Positions 1-46,075 of a DNA stretch of 64,000 bases are shown here, in pieces (the stretch's first letter is position 1; every line of letters starts with the position of its first letter). The notes beneath the pieces were generated by a model. That model searched no databases. It was not told the origin of the DNA and saw only the letters and a program-made list of their open reading frames with translations. The stretch spans positions 1,426,001-1,490,000 of the forward strand of contig MU058714.1 in NCBI GenBank assembly GCA_013265495.1, read 5' to 3'. Position numbers and translations under genes: made by a program. Source of the stretch: Vicugna vicugna (lineage: Eukaryota).

Positions 1-2705
1 ACCAGGCCTGCCTGCGCCTCTGCTGGCTGGGCACAGCGCCATTGCCGAACGGTTTGGAGGTGGAGGTGACATCAGAACCTGGACACTCTGTCCGAGGGTC
101 AGGGGCTGGCTGGGCTCAGGGAGGCTCCAGGTGCCAGCAGCCCCCTCTCCATCCCCCGGCACAGCAGTGCCCACCTGGCAAGGCCTGTGGGACCGAACTT
201 CTGGCTCAGGACAGCGGGGCAAGGATCACGGAGCTCCACTTGCCCGGTGTCTGTCCACCCGGGCTGTCCCGCTGCTCAGGGACTGTGAGAGTCCCAGGCA
301 GGACTTGCTGCCGTGGGCCGTGGTTTCAGGAGGGAGAGGCCACCTGGGTACCTGCACAGGTCTCCCCCCAAGAGGCAGTGGCGCAACATCAGGGCAAATG
401 CACCAGTGCCTGGAGGGTGGCCCCAGCACTCGGTGGCTGTGCCCCGGGGCAGTGGGCTCCCGTGAGCTCCGCTTCCTTCCTTGTGTGTTTTGTAGCGAAG
501 GTGTAGATATGTAATATTTATGTGGCCAGGTTCTTCTGTTTTTGATATGAAAGGAAAAACGAGGGAGAAGACCCCCGATGAAGGACCCTTGGGCCCTGCA
601 GGCTGCCTGAGAGCCTGGGAGATGTGGGGTGTCAGGGGCAGCTGTGAAGGCCCTGAGCAAAGGGGGGCCTGGGGAGCCTGGGACCGAGACCAGGGGACGG
701 GGCGGGGCAGGGCTGGAGCACCATCCCCCCGGCTCATTTCCCACACTCGGGGACAAGGGTGCCTTCCTCATGGACTCTGGAAGCACCCCAAGAGCCGCCC
801 CCCGCGCTGAGAGACAGGCTGGCGCGTAGCAGGAAGCACAGCCTGCCACCGGTGTGCCCCTGCGGAGCCAGGACTGGGGCTGGCTGAACTGCAGTGCTAC
901 TTTCCCACAGCTCCCGCGCTGTGGGACCCCCTTCTGGGATGGTGTCAAAACAGGCACTCCTGAGAGTCCCCACTCGAGGCCAGGATCCGCCTCCTGGGGT
1001 CAGGGGAAGGTGTCCCACGGCTTCCCCGCCCCCATCTGGATTCCAGCGTAGGGGACCAGTCGGATCAGACATCCTGCTGGGCTTCGGCCTGCTTCCCCCC
1101 TGCCCCAGCCCCAGGTGGGTGGCCCTCAGGGGTGTGGGCAGTGGGTCTGCAGAGGTGGCCTGCCGCCCCTCCCTGCAGGGCCCCCAGGCATGGAGGCCCT
1201 GTGAGGGGCTGCCGGAGCCTGGGTTTTCCTGGCTCCTCTGGCCGGATGGCCCTTTGGGATGCCGTCTGTTTCTCCCGCCCGGCCTGGGGCCTGGCCCCCG
1301 CCCCCGCCCGCTGCGGTGTGGGAGAGCACAAGGTTCTCAGGCCCTGCTCCCAGAGAAATCCTTTATCCAGACCAACTGCTGGACTTGGTTGCTTCCCACT
1401 ATCCCCCGGAGGAGCTGGGCGGAGGGACTTCCCTGGGAGGGTGCGGGGGTGGGAAGGCCTGGGGGACATGGAGTGGGCCTGGGCGAGGCAGGAAGAGGCC
1501 TCACTCATCCCACAGGCATGGCCCCCCCAGGGTCCCTGGAGCCCAGCAGAGGCTGCCCTCCGTCTCCCGCCTGCTCCACCCGCCGGCCCGAGAGGCCAGT
1601 ACTTCCCTTCCCAGCCCAGAGTCCCCTCCCCTGGCTGGATGTGCCTGTGGTCTGGCCAGGACCCATGGCAGTCCCAGCCCTGCGGTCCGGGAAGTCCCTG
1701 GCTCCTGGGCACCTTCGCCCCCTGCCCCTCGGTCCTCTCGGTCTCCCTTTGGCCTGACCCCCGCCAGAGAGGTCAGCTGACACCCCAGTGCCCAGCCAGG
1801 GCTCACAGACCCTGCCTCTGAGGCCCGTGTCCGGGAGAGGCCCCCCTTATCCACAGGGCCCATTCACACACGGAGGGGTGGGGAGGGGAGCTGCCAGGGT
1901 CCCGGCCGGGACAGCCCCTCCCTCTCCCCTGCTCCAGGGCCTTGCCGCCTCTCTGCTGAGTCACCCCTTGTCTGGGAAGCTCTCAGGGCCAAGCCAGGCT
2001 GGGTGAGGCATCACAAATTCACAAATTCCCCCTGCCTCCTGGGCAGGGAACAGTGGCCCTGACTCACCTCGGGCTGGGCCTGCAGCCTCCTGGGACCATA
2101 GAAGCCCTGCAGGCCCTGCCAGGCCCCGACATCGGGCCTGAGGGGATGGCAGGCCCCCAGGTCCCTGCTCCTCATCCCCCAGGAAGGTCCAAGCCAGGCT
2201 CGCTGCCCATGGAGTGGAGGTGACAAGGTGCCAGGGGGCCCTGCCAGGGTGGGGCTGAGCAGTGCAGCCCAGACCACCCACCAGGCGCTCTGCGTGTGCC
2301 TGTGTCCTTCCGGTGCAATCACCAGTCGCCATGGTAACTCTTGGCCACTGGACTTGGGCAGAGAAGGGACACAGCGTCCGAGGGTGCCAGTGGGCAGGCT
2401 GTGGAGGCTGGCTGCCCGTGTCTGGATGTCGCTGGTCAGAGCCCGACCCTGAGAATCCCTGGGGGCTTTAAAAGCAGATCCTTAGCTTCTTCAGGCTCCT
2501 CCTGTCCCTTCCTCTGCTCTGCCTCAGTTTCTCCTCCCACTCACCTGGGATAGGGTCCTCTAGTCTGCTGAGTCGGTTAACCGCACTTGGGAGAAGGTTG
2601 AAGACCCTACTGTGGGGAAAGGCCACCCCCCAGTGCTATCCAGGGGGTGGGCAGAGACCACTGGGCCCACAGGGTGGGGCGGGGCCCCTGGCTGGGTCCT
2701 GCTGA

Positions 2706-36018
<33,313 letters not shown>

Positions 36019-36480
36019 GCCCCAGCCCGGCCGGCCTGCGGGCGGCCCGCCACCCAGACACGAGGACACCGGACGGACAGCCGCACCCAGCCCCATGCAG
36101 CCCGGCAGGAGGCGGCCGCACCTCGGAGGGCAGGTCTAAGCAAATATGCAAACCCACCAAGGCAGGACCCGGGCTTTTTTATTATTTCCCCTGGAAAGCG
36201 AGAGCTCCTGGCCGGAACCCAGTCCCATCCGGCCACCGCGGAGGGCGAGCTGTGCCCCCCGGGGCCCGCCAGCCCTCTGTTTTCCCACGTTGGCAGTTCA
36301 CGAGAGATTAGAATCCAAGCCATATCTCCCCTAGTACCTCCGACTGCCCCCCGGCAGGGAGGGCAGAGATCAGGTGTGTGTCTTATTTATTGCTCTGTGT
36401 AAATAGTGTATTTCTGGGGGAAGTTTTATGGGAAAAAAGTGGAAACGGATTTTTTTTTTCCCCACACGCGTGGCAAGGGG

Positions 36481-36522
36481 GTGTGTGTGTGCGTGTGTGT
36501 ACGTGTGTGTCTGTGTGTGTGC
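36481..36522 (+). repeat. Interrupted (GT)n microsatellite in the 3' UTR
   Basis: gtgtgtgtgtgcgtgtgtgtacgtgtgtgtctgtgtgtgtgc. Confidence 0.9.
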
Positions 36523-38087
36523 AGGAACTTTGTTCTGGGGGGTTTTCTTTGAAAATGCACTGTTTTCCTCAGCCTAGCTGAGTTCCCACTGGGGCATCTG
36601 GACACAGAAGCGGCTGGGAGCAGGGGCGGGCGGGCACAGGGGTCAGGTGGGACAGGACCCCGGTTCACCCGCTGGTCTCTTGGGGGGACTGTGTCAGATG
36701 GAAGTCACGCTCGTTTCCTTCCCTTTAATCCATCTCCTGGGGAAGAAAGGATGGGGGGCTGGGTTTGGGGAGGAGGGCCCCTCGGGGGCAGGAGGGGTCC
36801 AGAAGCAGGCTCCCCAGCCTGAGAGTGGGACAGCGGCCCCATGTACCTTACCTCCGTTTAAAACAAAACACAAATGAGCAAGTATTTTAAACTGTCGATG
36901 TGAAAATGTGATGTTATTATTTTACATCCTGAATATTCCAGGAATTTCTGATTCCTGTTTCAACGGCCAGCTTGTCTGGCCTCTGCTCAGAGCAGGGAAG
37001 GAACTTGCCCCTCCAGCTCACGTGGAGGTTTCTGGGCCTCTTCTGCAGCCACTTGGCAGGGCCGATGGCCTGGCAGGCTAATGCCTGGGGCCCCTAGCAG
37101 GGTTCCCCCTGCTCCCCACCAGCCTCACTGCAGGGAGCACCCCTCGGGTGGGGGTGCTGTTCACCCCTTTGCCCAGCGCCCCAGCTGCCAAGGTGTCAGG
37201 TGGGTACCCTAGACCAACCCAGCAGCCCTGCTGATCTCATCAGCCCTTCGCTCCTCCTGAGGTCAGGAGGGACAGGTGGGGCGAACCAGACCCATGGCCC
37301 AGCAGCCCTTGTCCCCAAAACGCACCGAGGGCCACACGCTCCCATGTCCCACCGCACTGAGACTCCTGCGGCCCCACCAAAAGCCCCCCAAGTTAGCCAC
37401 TTCTCCTTAGGACGAGCTCTTGTGTGACCCACAGACACAGCCCAGGGACCCGGGAAACAAGGGATGTGGGTGGGTACCTGGGCCCCCTTTTCTTTCCAAC
37501 CAGGAAACCACCCCGGCCCCGCCTGAAGGGTCCCTCTGCAGCTCCTGGTGGCCACAGGAAGGGCCAGAGCAGGGAGGGGGTCCCCTGCACCCCAGCTTAC
37601 CTCTCCCACCCAGATTCTCCCCTTTGTCTCGGCACGAGTGCAATATTTCATTCCTGGTGGTCGTCCTGGAGACGGCAGCCGAGGTCCTGCTGGCAGCTGG
37701 GGAAACAGAAAGATGCTGTGGGCCAGGGCGTGCACTGGGCCCGCCAGCCTCGGACACTAGAACCAGAGGCTACTTTCAGCCCCAAGCGGTGAGGCAGCAG
37801 CAAGCAAACAGCAGCCTTTTCTTGGCCTCCCGGGCCCGCCCCCCACCACTGGTTCTTCTCCCCCTTCTGTGGATTTGTCTGTCCTTCGCTTTTCTCTTCC
37901 CGTCCCACCCTGTCCGTGTGCGTGCAGACGACGCGGCGCCCCCCCAACCGTGGTTAAACCTGGCAAAAGCACGACTTGTAAATGTGTAAAGTAAGAGGAT
38001 GGTTGAATTTTTTTTTCAATGTAAACACTAAAAACAAAAAACACAAAGGTTTTATGAACAGCAAACTCTATGTAAAGGCATTTTAGT

Positions 38088-38123
38088 ATTAAATTTTTTA
38101 TCGATAACTTGCTTAAGAATAAA
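38088..38123 (+). terminator. Polyadenylation signals ATTAAA (38088-38093) and AATAAA (38118-38123)
   Basis: Hexamers seen directly in an AT-rich block, followed by GT-rich ttgtacaggttttcggtggt. Confidence 0.8.
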
Positions 38124-41100
38124 TATACGACCTATTGTACAGGTTTTCGGTGGTCCGGAACCCTCCCTCCACCCCAGCATCTGTGCGCGCACCACGGCCA
38201 CTCCCCGGAGACCCCGGAGGCCGGGGGTCTCAGCAGCCGTGTCCTGGGCAGCTGAGTGCAGTCCCTCAGGTCTCGGGGAGGCATGAGCAGCCCGCACGGC
38301 TTTGGGGTGGCCTTTGCCTCTGAGATCCCAGGACAAGGGGCCCTTTCTTTGTAGATCTGCCCGAAGTAGGTCAGCAGTCCATGTGGCTAAGCCGGGTGCC
38401 CCTGGAGGGAAGCCGGGGAGGGTCAGCCCCCACAGGGCACAGGCACAGAGGAAGGGTGGTCCCCAAAGTGCCTGGGAGGGCCCTCCTTGAGTGCGTGGAT
38501 TTACTCATTGGACATTTCCTTGACTGACGGCTGTGCAGGGGTGATTGTGAAACGGAGGGCTGGCCCTTAGGGCCTGAGGGCTGCTGGGGGGTACATCTCA
38601 GTGCACACCCCCAGCCAGAAGGAGCCCCGCGCAGTGAGGCTGCAGCCCCGAGGGCTTTCCAGGAACCCTACCACTTGGGGGAGCTGTTTTCCCTCCACCT
38701 CTAGGGCCCCCTGGGGAGGGAGCACTCAGCTGGGACTGGGGACCCCAATGAGGGGACCCTGGGTCAAGGCAGGTTAAGTGTGGGAGTAGCGCTGTGACCC
38801 CACACACAGGTGTCAGGAGCTGCAGGCCATTTGCACACGTGCACACACAGGCTGCCAGACCACACATGCACTCTGGGGCTACCCCCAGCCCTGACCATGC
38901 CCGTTCCCCTTTCTCACTTCCTCCGCTGGAGGACTTGATCAGAGACAGCGGAGGGGAGAGACCCCCCACCCTGGGACACAGGAGGTCCACGGCCATGTGA
39001 CCCGCCAGAGCACTGAGCACAGAGATCAAAGCCAGGCAAGCCCTTCCCTTGGCCCCTTCGGAGTCCAGCAAACAAGGTGGTTAGAAAAGGGCTCCTGAGC
39101 AGGAGGCCTGGGGCTGTAAGGTGTCAGGACAGTCTGAGCGCCTGGGTTCAGCTGTGACTGAAGGCAAACTGGCCCTCAGATTTGCTGAATCCGTGAGTCA
39201 GCAGCCCCCGCTTTGTGCAGGTGAGGTGGGGTTTCCGACAACTAGGAAGGAAGCCCAGTTCCAAGGGCTACAACGGGAGAGGGCGATCGTGGGCCTGGAG
39301 GCAGCCTTGGGGACAGGACGAGCGGCAGAGGGGGTCTGAACAAGGGAGTGCCTGCTGACTGGGGTTTTTGGCTCAGAGACCCTCTGGGGGCAGGAGAGGA
39401 GGAAGGACCAGGGCACGGTGGGGCAGAGACCCCTGTGGGCTTGGAAGACCCGACTTACGTACCTTCAGTTACTTGCGGAGGCAGAGTCCAGGCAAGACCT
39501 GGACCAGGGCATGGTGGGGGAAGGCGAGGAACACTGCTGGCGGCCAGGAGGTACCAAGGGCCAGAGGCTGGAACTGGACCACGGAACACGCCGAAAGCTC
39601 TAGGCAGAGAGTCCAAAGTCAGACTGAGATCACTCCCTGTGTGAACCCTGGGATGGAGCTAGAGGCGCCCAGCAGCACCTGGGGTGGGGAGCTGGCACCA
39701 GAGAAAGACTCAAGGGCCTGTGGTGAGGGGGCACTGAGGGCCGCAAGCCGGGAGGGGTGCCAACGGGCCCAGGAGTGTGGGCAGATGGGGTGAGCTAGGA
39801 GGGAGGTGACTACTGGGACGTGGTGTGTGGGGACCCCAGCAGGACTAGGTGAGCCCCCAAGGGTCCATCCTCGCAGCCCCCTCCTCCTCCCTCCCCTCCC
39901 CCCTTAATACAAACAGGGTGGCCCTTTTCCTCCAGAGTCTCCTGCCTCCTAGAACAGGGCCTGGGCAAGGGCGGGGGGTGGGCATGAGGCTGCCGAGCCC
40001 CAAGGGTTAAACATGGGGACTGCACTTGGATCAAGACAAACGAGCCATTATGCGAGATGCTGAAGCAAGATAAATGATGGCGCTGGGTGAGCGAGATCAA
40101 TAAAAGTGATGTTTTATCAGGTAGAAATGACAACCCGGCTGATCGCAATTCGTTTTTAATACCACAAACCGACTGGGGACAGGGGCTTTAATTGCTCATG
40201 CCCAGCCGGGCCAAGGTGGCTGGGGGCTGGGCGGGGAGTGGGGCTCAGATCCAGGCCGGGGACAGGGGAGCTCAGCTCTGTGGCCCAGACGTCCAGCAGC
40301 CATCTGAGCACTCAGCCGACTAAATGCGGATGGCCAGCAGGGAGCCTGGGCCCCAGGGTCCGCATAGCTGCCAGAGGCGGTGCTGGGTGTAGAGGGGGCA
40401 ACCTCTGGGCCCCCCTGGTGCCGGCTGAGGACATGGGCCCAGGAGGCGCCCAGCAGGGTGACCTTCAGGGCTCCTTGCCTCCCAGTGGGAAGCTGGGGCC
40501 TTGACCCCCATCCTCCATGCCCCTGCTGCCACCTGCCCCGCCCCCCAGGGCTCCCCATGACAAGCCAGCATCCTCCAAAGGCATTGCTTCTCTAAAAGCC
40601 AGGCCACCTGCTGAGACTCAGGACACTGTCGCTGTCGAGGGCAGGGCTGCTCCGTGCAAGACCTCCAGGCAAACAGGCTGGGGGTCATTAAAGGCGAGCC
40701 CCCAACTCGGTGCCGGCCCCAGGGCCAGAGTGCCACTGGCAGGAACAGCAAGAGGCTGGAGTGACTCAGGCCTCCGGAGAGAAGAGCGGGGTGGGAGGGG
40801 GGTGGGGAGCACAGCCTGAGGCCACAGAGTCCTCCTCTGTGAACTGGGATCCCTGACTCCTGCCCACTGATGAGAATGGGGTGGGGTTCAGGGGAGGCAG
40901 CAAAAGGGACCTCTGGCCCTCCATGCAGGCAGGACCCTTTCCCCGGGCCACCACGGCCCCAGGGAGGAAGGGGGTGACTATCACCAGCACACCACCACCT
41001 CTACACACTCCTGACTGACAGCGACAGGGCTCAGGGTCACATGCAGGCCCCAGGCTGGACACGATGGAGCCAGATTCCACCCCCATGTCCAGCTCAGCGT

Positions 41101-42794
41101 CCTGGCTCTCCATGATCTGGAGCTGCCGCTGCAACTCCACCCAGGGTCCCCGTGGTCTCCCCAGGGTTCAGCCGGGGATGGATGGGGCTTCCTTCTGAGC
41201 GCACTGGGGGCACTGCCCACCCTCATTCAACAAACATTCACGGAGAAACCCAGATGGCGGGGATGCAGCGGCCCGCTGCCCCGAGTAACAGGGGACACCT
41301 GGTGGGTCCCCAAAGCCATGGGACACACCCCCCCTTCACACTAGCCTAGGACTCCCCAGGCCCCCTTGCAGCCCCCGGCTCTGCTCTGAAGATGGCAGGG
41401 ACGTGGGGGCTGCTGGGGCAAGCGCTCTGGGATAGAGGATCAGAGGAAGAGAAAGCGGGTGGGCAGGGGGCCAGGGGGGAGGGGGGCCCTGAGCAGCAAC
41501 CCGGGTCGGGGGGCTGGTGCTCCTCCTTCCCTTCTTCCCTCTACTGGCTGCTCCTCCACACGCCCCAGCTCCCAGAACTCGGGCTGGCAGGTGCGCTGAT
41601 ACACGCTGCTCATCTGTCAGGCTGGGTCCTCCCGAGGCCCCAGGGAGAGTTTCCACCAGACCTACCAGGGACCAGACCCCAGGAGGTATCGGAGCGGATG
41701 GGGTGGCTGGGCCGCAATGGATGGCGCTGGGGCCCCTTCCTTCACCCCCCTCACCAGGAGCTCAGACCAGCTCTGGTGGGGACAGAAAGCAGGTCAGTTA
41801 CTTGGCAATGGCGGATTCGGTCACACTTGGCCACCCGGCCAGGACGACAAGAGGCCACTGCAGGACATGGGATCAGGGCCGTAGACCAGACAGTCTGGGA
41901 GGGATGGGGCCCCTGAGCTGTTTGGATCCCAAGACGTTCTGCCATCTTGACACAGCCTCCCCAGAGACTCACGTCCCCGCCACACACACCCTCGCGAGCC
42001 CTGCGAGGGCCCAGTGCAGGCAGAGAGGACAGACCAGCCTCCAGACCACCCTGTGTCTGGTGCCATACTGAAGGGATAGTGGCTGGGGCCAGAGGTCTCC
42101 AGGCATTCACATCAATTCTGAGATTCAGACACGATTCGACTTCTATTCAGCCCACTGAAACCTTGACGGCTGGGGAAAGGCCCTCCCCAGGAGGAAGCAG
42201 CAGCATTTCGAAGCAGCCGTCTCCACCTCGGAAAGGCAGCCAAAGGACATCCCTGCTCTGCAGACCAGGAGTGAGCCCCTCAGAGCCTGGAGGAGGGCTT
42301 GGCACCAGCCAGCCCCACAGCCATGGGCGCCGACGCCACCGTGGAACTGGGAAAATCCTTTGTTTCTTTAGGTGCCCAGTTCCCTGACAGCGTCCTTTGC
42401 CCACTTCCTCCGCTCAGACTGCACCTGCGGGCACTCTCCATCACAAGCCGTCCCAACCTCAAAGTCGGTGGGACCTACTCAAGTGGGTGTTTCCTGCCTG
42501 ACTTCGCGGGACCTCCGAGGCAGAGTGCATCCATAGTCTGAAAGAAAAGGCAGGAGACTGACCCAGCTCCCTAGGTTTGCTGGGCCAACGCCCATTGCTC
42601 AGGGGAACCTCCACCAGTCCTGCCTCCCACGATGGAGGACAGCGGGCCCCTGATGATACCCTGGGCTGGCAGGGAAGCAGCCAGTGCCTCCCGCCCCCTC
42701 CAAACAACCTGGAATCAGCCGTCCTGCCCATCAGAAAAGGACACGCCACTCATCTTTTCACAACCCCTGCAGCTGTGGGAACACAACTTGTTCC

Positions 42795-42945
42795 CATCCA
42801 TCCACTCACCCAGCCATTGTCTGTTATTTCAGTAAGTATGTACCGAAGACCTACTGTGTGCTGGGCCAGGCACCAGGATGCAGCGCTGAGGGGATTACAC
42901 AAGGTCCCCGCCCCCCAAGAGCTCCGGTCCAGCAGGGAAGAAGGC
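42795..42945 (-). mobile_element. L2 3'-end fragment
   Basis: catccatccactc...acctactgtgtgctgggccaggcaccaggatgcagc...caaggtccccgcccc resembles the antisense L2 tail. Confidence 0.6.
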
Positions 42946-44317
42946 TGGCACAGAGCCACGGGGTCCAGCGAACCCAGAACCCCAATGAAGCTGTGCTGCA
43001 GTGCACCAGGCAGGGTCCCTCCCTAGACCCAGCTGCTGCAGGCCAAGAAATCCAGGTCAAGGGGAGGGGAGCGGAGTTCCTCTCCTAGGAAATTCAGCCC
43101 CTGACAGAAGCACTTCTGGGCCATCCACAGCTGCTTCCTGTAAGTGGCTTAATCTGAAGAAAAAAGTTACAGCTGAAGCAGCTTTCAGAGGCAGCCCAGA
43201 CAAGCGGTTCCCTGGGTAGGAACCGTCTTCCACTGGCATCGCCTCAGAAAATGGTGACACAGAGAACAAGTCTCGGCCGGAGTCCTCGGTCCCGGGCAGG
43301 CGGGCCCCACGGCCAGCAGCAGCCCTGCTCCCCCGAGCCTGGGGGCGGCGTCTGGCGCTCCGACTAGGAGGGCTTCCGCGTGGCGGGCCGGTGGCCGGGC
43401 TGGCCTGGAGGCCCCCTCCAGCCCCTCCGCCCCGAGGGTCCCAGCAGCCAGGATCCTCAGCCCCCCAGCTCTTCCCGCAGCGGTGGAACGGCTTAGAGGC
43501 CGCCTCACAGTTGGTTTGCTCAGAGGGGAAAGTTAAAACCGCCCTTTTTATTTGGGAGCTTTTGAACAAGTTTAAGATCTTGCCCCTTGTCAGGAAATCC
43601 GTTTTCACTTATAAGAAACAGACTCCTGCTGGCGGTGAGCAGGCGAGCGTCAGGAGACTCCGCACCGACAGGGTAATTATATTTTTTCGCCTCCAGGCCC
43701 TCAGCCGACCCCTCTGATCCTGGGCCAAGCTCCCCGGGGGCTCTCCTCTCGGGGTGCCCGTTGGACACAGGCTGGAAGCGGGTGTGGATGGACCCTGCAG
43801 AAAGCGGACAGAAGCCCACCGCCACGGACAAGCCAGCACCGGGTCAGCCTCTGCCCAGGGACCCAAGAATTCTGTGGGGACAGCAGGGAAACCAGGCGGC
43901 CGCAACCCACGGGACGCCCTCCTACGGCCACCAGCGCCTGCGGAAAGCCAAAGCGCTCGCAGGCTGCCCGAGCCGCCGTCCTGGTGCCCGAAGCCCCTGA
44001 CGCAGCAGGAGGAGCCCCTCTGCAGCGAACGCCCCGCCCGGGGCCACCGAGCCCGGGAGACCCTTACCACTCACAGACGCCACGCCGCTCTCAGCCACGT
44101 GACCCTGGCCAATCAGGCTGCCTTCGCCACGGTGACTGGGTTTGCGGTGGGCACGTGACCCAAGCTGGGCCGAGCAGGGCCCACCCCTGGGATTCTCAGG
44201 AGCGCTGGAGATTGAGCCCAGCCTTGCTTGGGATGCATGAGCGCCGGGTAATGCGGGTGGAGTCTGCACCTACTGGCTTGGTACTGGATTCCCACAGGAC
44301 CAACACCTGATTTGATC

Positions 44318-44400
44318 TGGTCGCCAGATAAAATACAGGATGCCCAGTTTAATTAGACTTTCAGATAAACAGCAAATGACTTTTAGTGTAAGTATGGCCC
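44318..44400. mobile_element. hAT-type MITE, MER53-like, one arm only
   Basis: ggtcgccagataaaatacaggatgcccagttt...tttcagataaacagcaaatgacttttagtgtaagtatggccc matches one arm of the recalled palindromic MER53 consensus. Confidence 0.65.
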
Positions 44401-46006
44401 ACGTGAATCCCGGCTGTGGTACTGCGCCTCGAGGGAGCCAGGCAAGTTGATGACATGATCATTCTGTCACGGCACGGCCGACAGCGGGTCCAGACCAAGA
44501 AGAGGCTCTACTCTGGGTCTGGATGTGCCACGGGCCTAGGGAGCCCCCAGACCCGCTCAGACAGCCCCACGCGGCCCCTGCAGCCAGGGTGTGACCCCCA
44601 CCGCGCCCCACCTGCCCCGGTGTCCACGGCTCAGGAGCGGCACAGCCTGGTCAGGCTGAAGCTGGGCGGCCCACAGATGCACCTAAGGGCCGTTTCTCGC
44701 TCAGCCCAGCCACCGGTCCAGGAGCCAGGAGCTGGGGAGCAGGCGGAGCCTCTCACGGCACACCAGTGCCCCTGGGCTCTGCCTTCTGTCCTGACTCAGA
44801 ACCCTGCGTCACCATGTGGGACAGGTGGCCTGGCCCTGTCTGGGTCCCGTCCCATCCCCCTGCCCCATCCCCCTGCCATGCGAGGGAAACACGTGACGAG
44901 AGAGAGGCCAGCACGCAGAGAAGCAAAGCCAAGTGAGTCCTCCGGGGCCCGCAGGCCATGCCTCGGCCATGCTGGTGGCAACACTGGGTGAGCATATCTG
45001 AGCTGGGATTCCGCCAGCTGTGAGTGGGAGGATGTGAGTGTGCCAGCCCCGATGGCCGCATGCCCTGGCGCCCCGTCTCAAGAGCAGTAACAGGTCCACC
45101 GCACCCTTCTGATGTCCACACCCCACCTCCTCCAGGCTCTGGAGTCCCGCAAACACTCTGGATGAGGGAGAAAGAACAATGGAATTTCTGGGGACCCACA
45201 CCCCCAAAGCCCTGCACAAGTACTCCAATGCCAAGACTTCCAGGGAAAAGCCAGAGGGGCCTGGCCACCCAGGAGCGGCAGCCTAACCAGACAGCTGGCG
45301 GCCAGCCACGCAGCAGCCACTGCTCGGAGCCAGCCGCGGAGACGGGGTGGCACTGAGCAGGACGGGTCTGACTGTGTGTTCACAACCCACTCTGCACACC
45401 TGTGTGTGCATACTTACACATGTATACTAACAGTCTGGAAACAGCCACCCCAGCTGGGCTCAGGGCCCCAGCATGGCACTGGTGCACGGGGGAGCAGGAC
45501 CTGACGTTCAGCCTTACACATCTAGGAAATACCTGCTTTTATTTTCACAAACCCCTTTGTAAGTTTTAATGCAAATGGGAAGACAGAAAAGAAGAAAGCA
45601 GGGGGTTAGCATCAGTGACTCAGGTCTGAGGCCCAGTTCCCGTGGGGGGACGTCGCTGCCCTCCAGCCAAATGAGGGGTTGATAGCAGGGTCAGGGGGTG
45701 CACTGGGAATGAGAGGGGCAGTTCCCAGTCCTCTCCTCTCAGCCTGTGCTCCTGCCCAGCTCCTGCCCACACACCAGTCATCCAGAGCTTGGCTACCTGC
45801 CACGGGTCCCTGCCTTGCCTCCCATGCGCTAGGAAGATGGGAGGGGAGTTGGCCGCTTAAAGAGGTAGGGAGACAGCCTTGGGCATCTCAGGGAGGGGAG
45901 CGATGGGGGCCTCGTGGTCTTAAGCACCCTCTCACCAGATGCGTGGAAGTTCTTAGCAAGGTCTGCTTCTCTTGGCCTTTCTCCCAGCTATGGGCCCCTG
46001 GACAGG

Positions 46007-46075
46007 TCACTTGCCTCCCTGAGACCTCGTTTCCACTTCTGTGAAAATGAGATGAAATGTGAGGCCCGCAGGACG
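46007..46075 (+). mobile_element. MIR core fragment
   Basis: gtcacttgcctccctgagacctcgtttccacttctgtgaaaatgagatga resembles the MIR core. Confidence 0.6.

Larger units (their letters stand above)
36019..38145 (+). other. BAHCC1: BAHCC1 3' UTR (about 2.1 kb; 3' end approximate)
   Basis: Runs from the stop codon to an AT-rich terminal block with two polyA signals. Confidence 0.75.

Noticed and set aside
45555-45576. Sox-Oct composite (CTTTGT ... ATGCAAAT at 45569)
   Set aside because: Spacing is about 8 bp, not the canonical adjacent arrangement; an isolated octamer is expected by chance.
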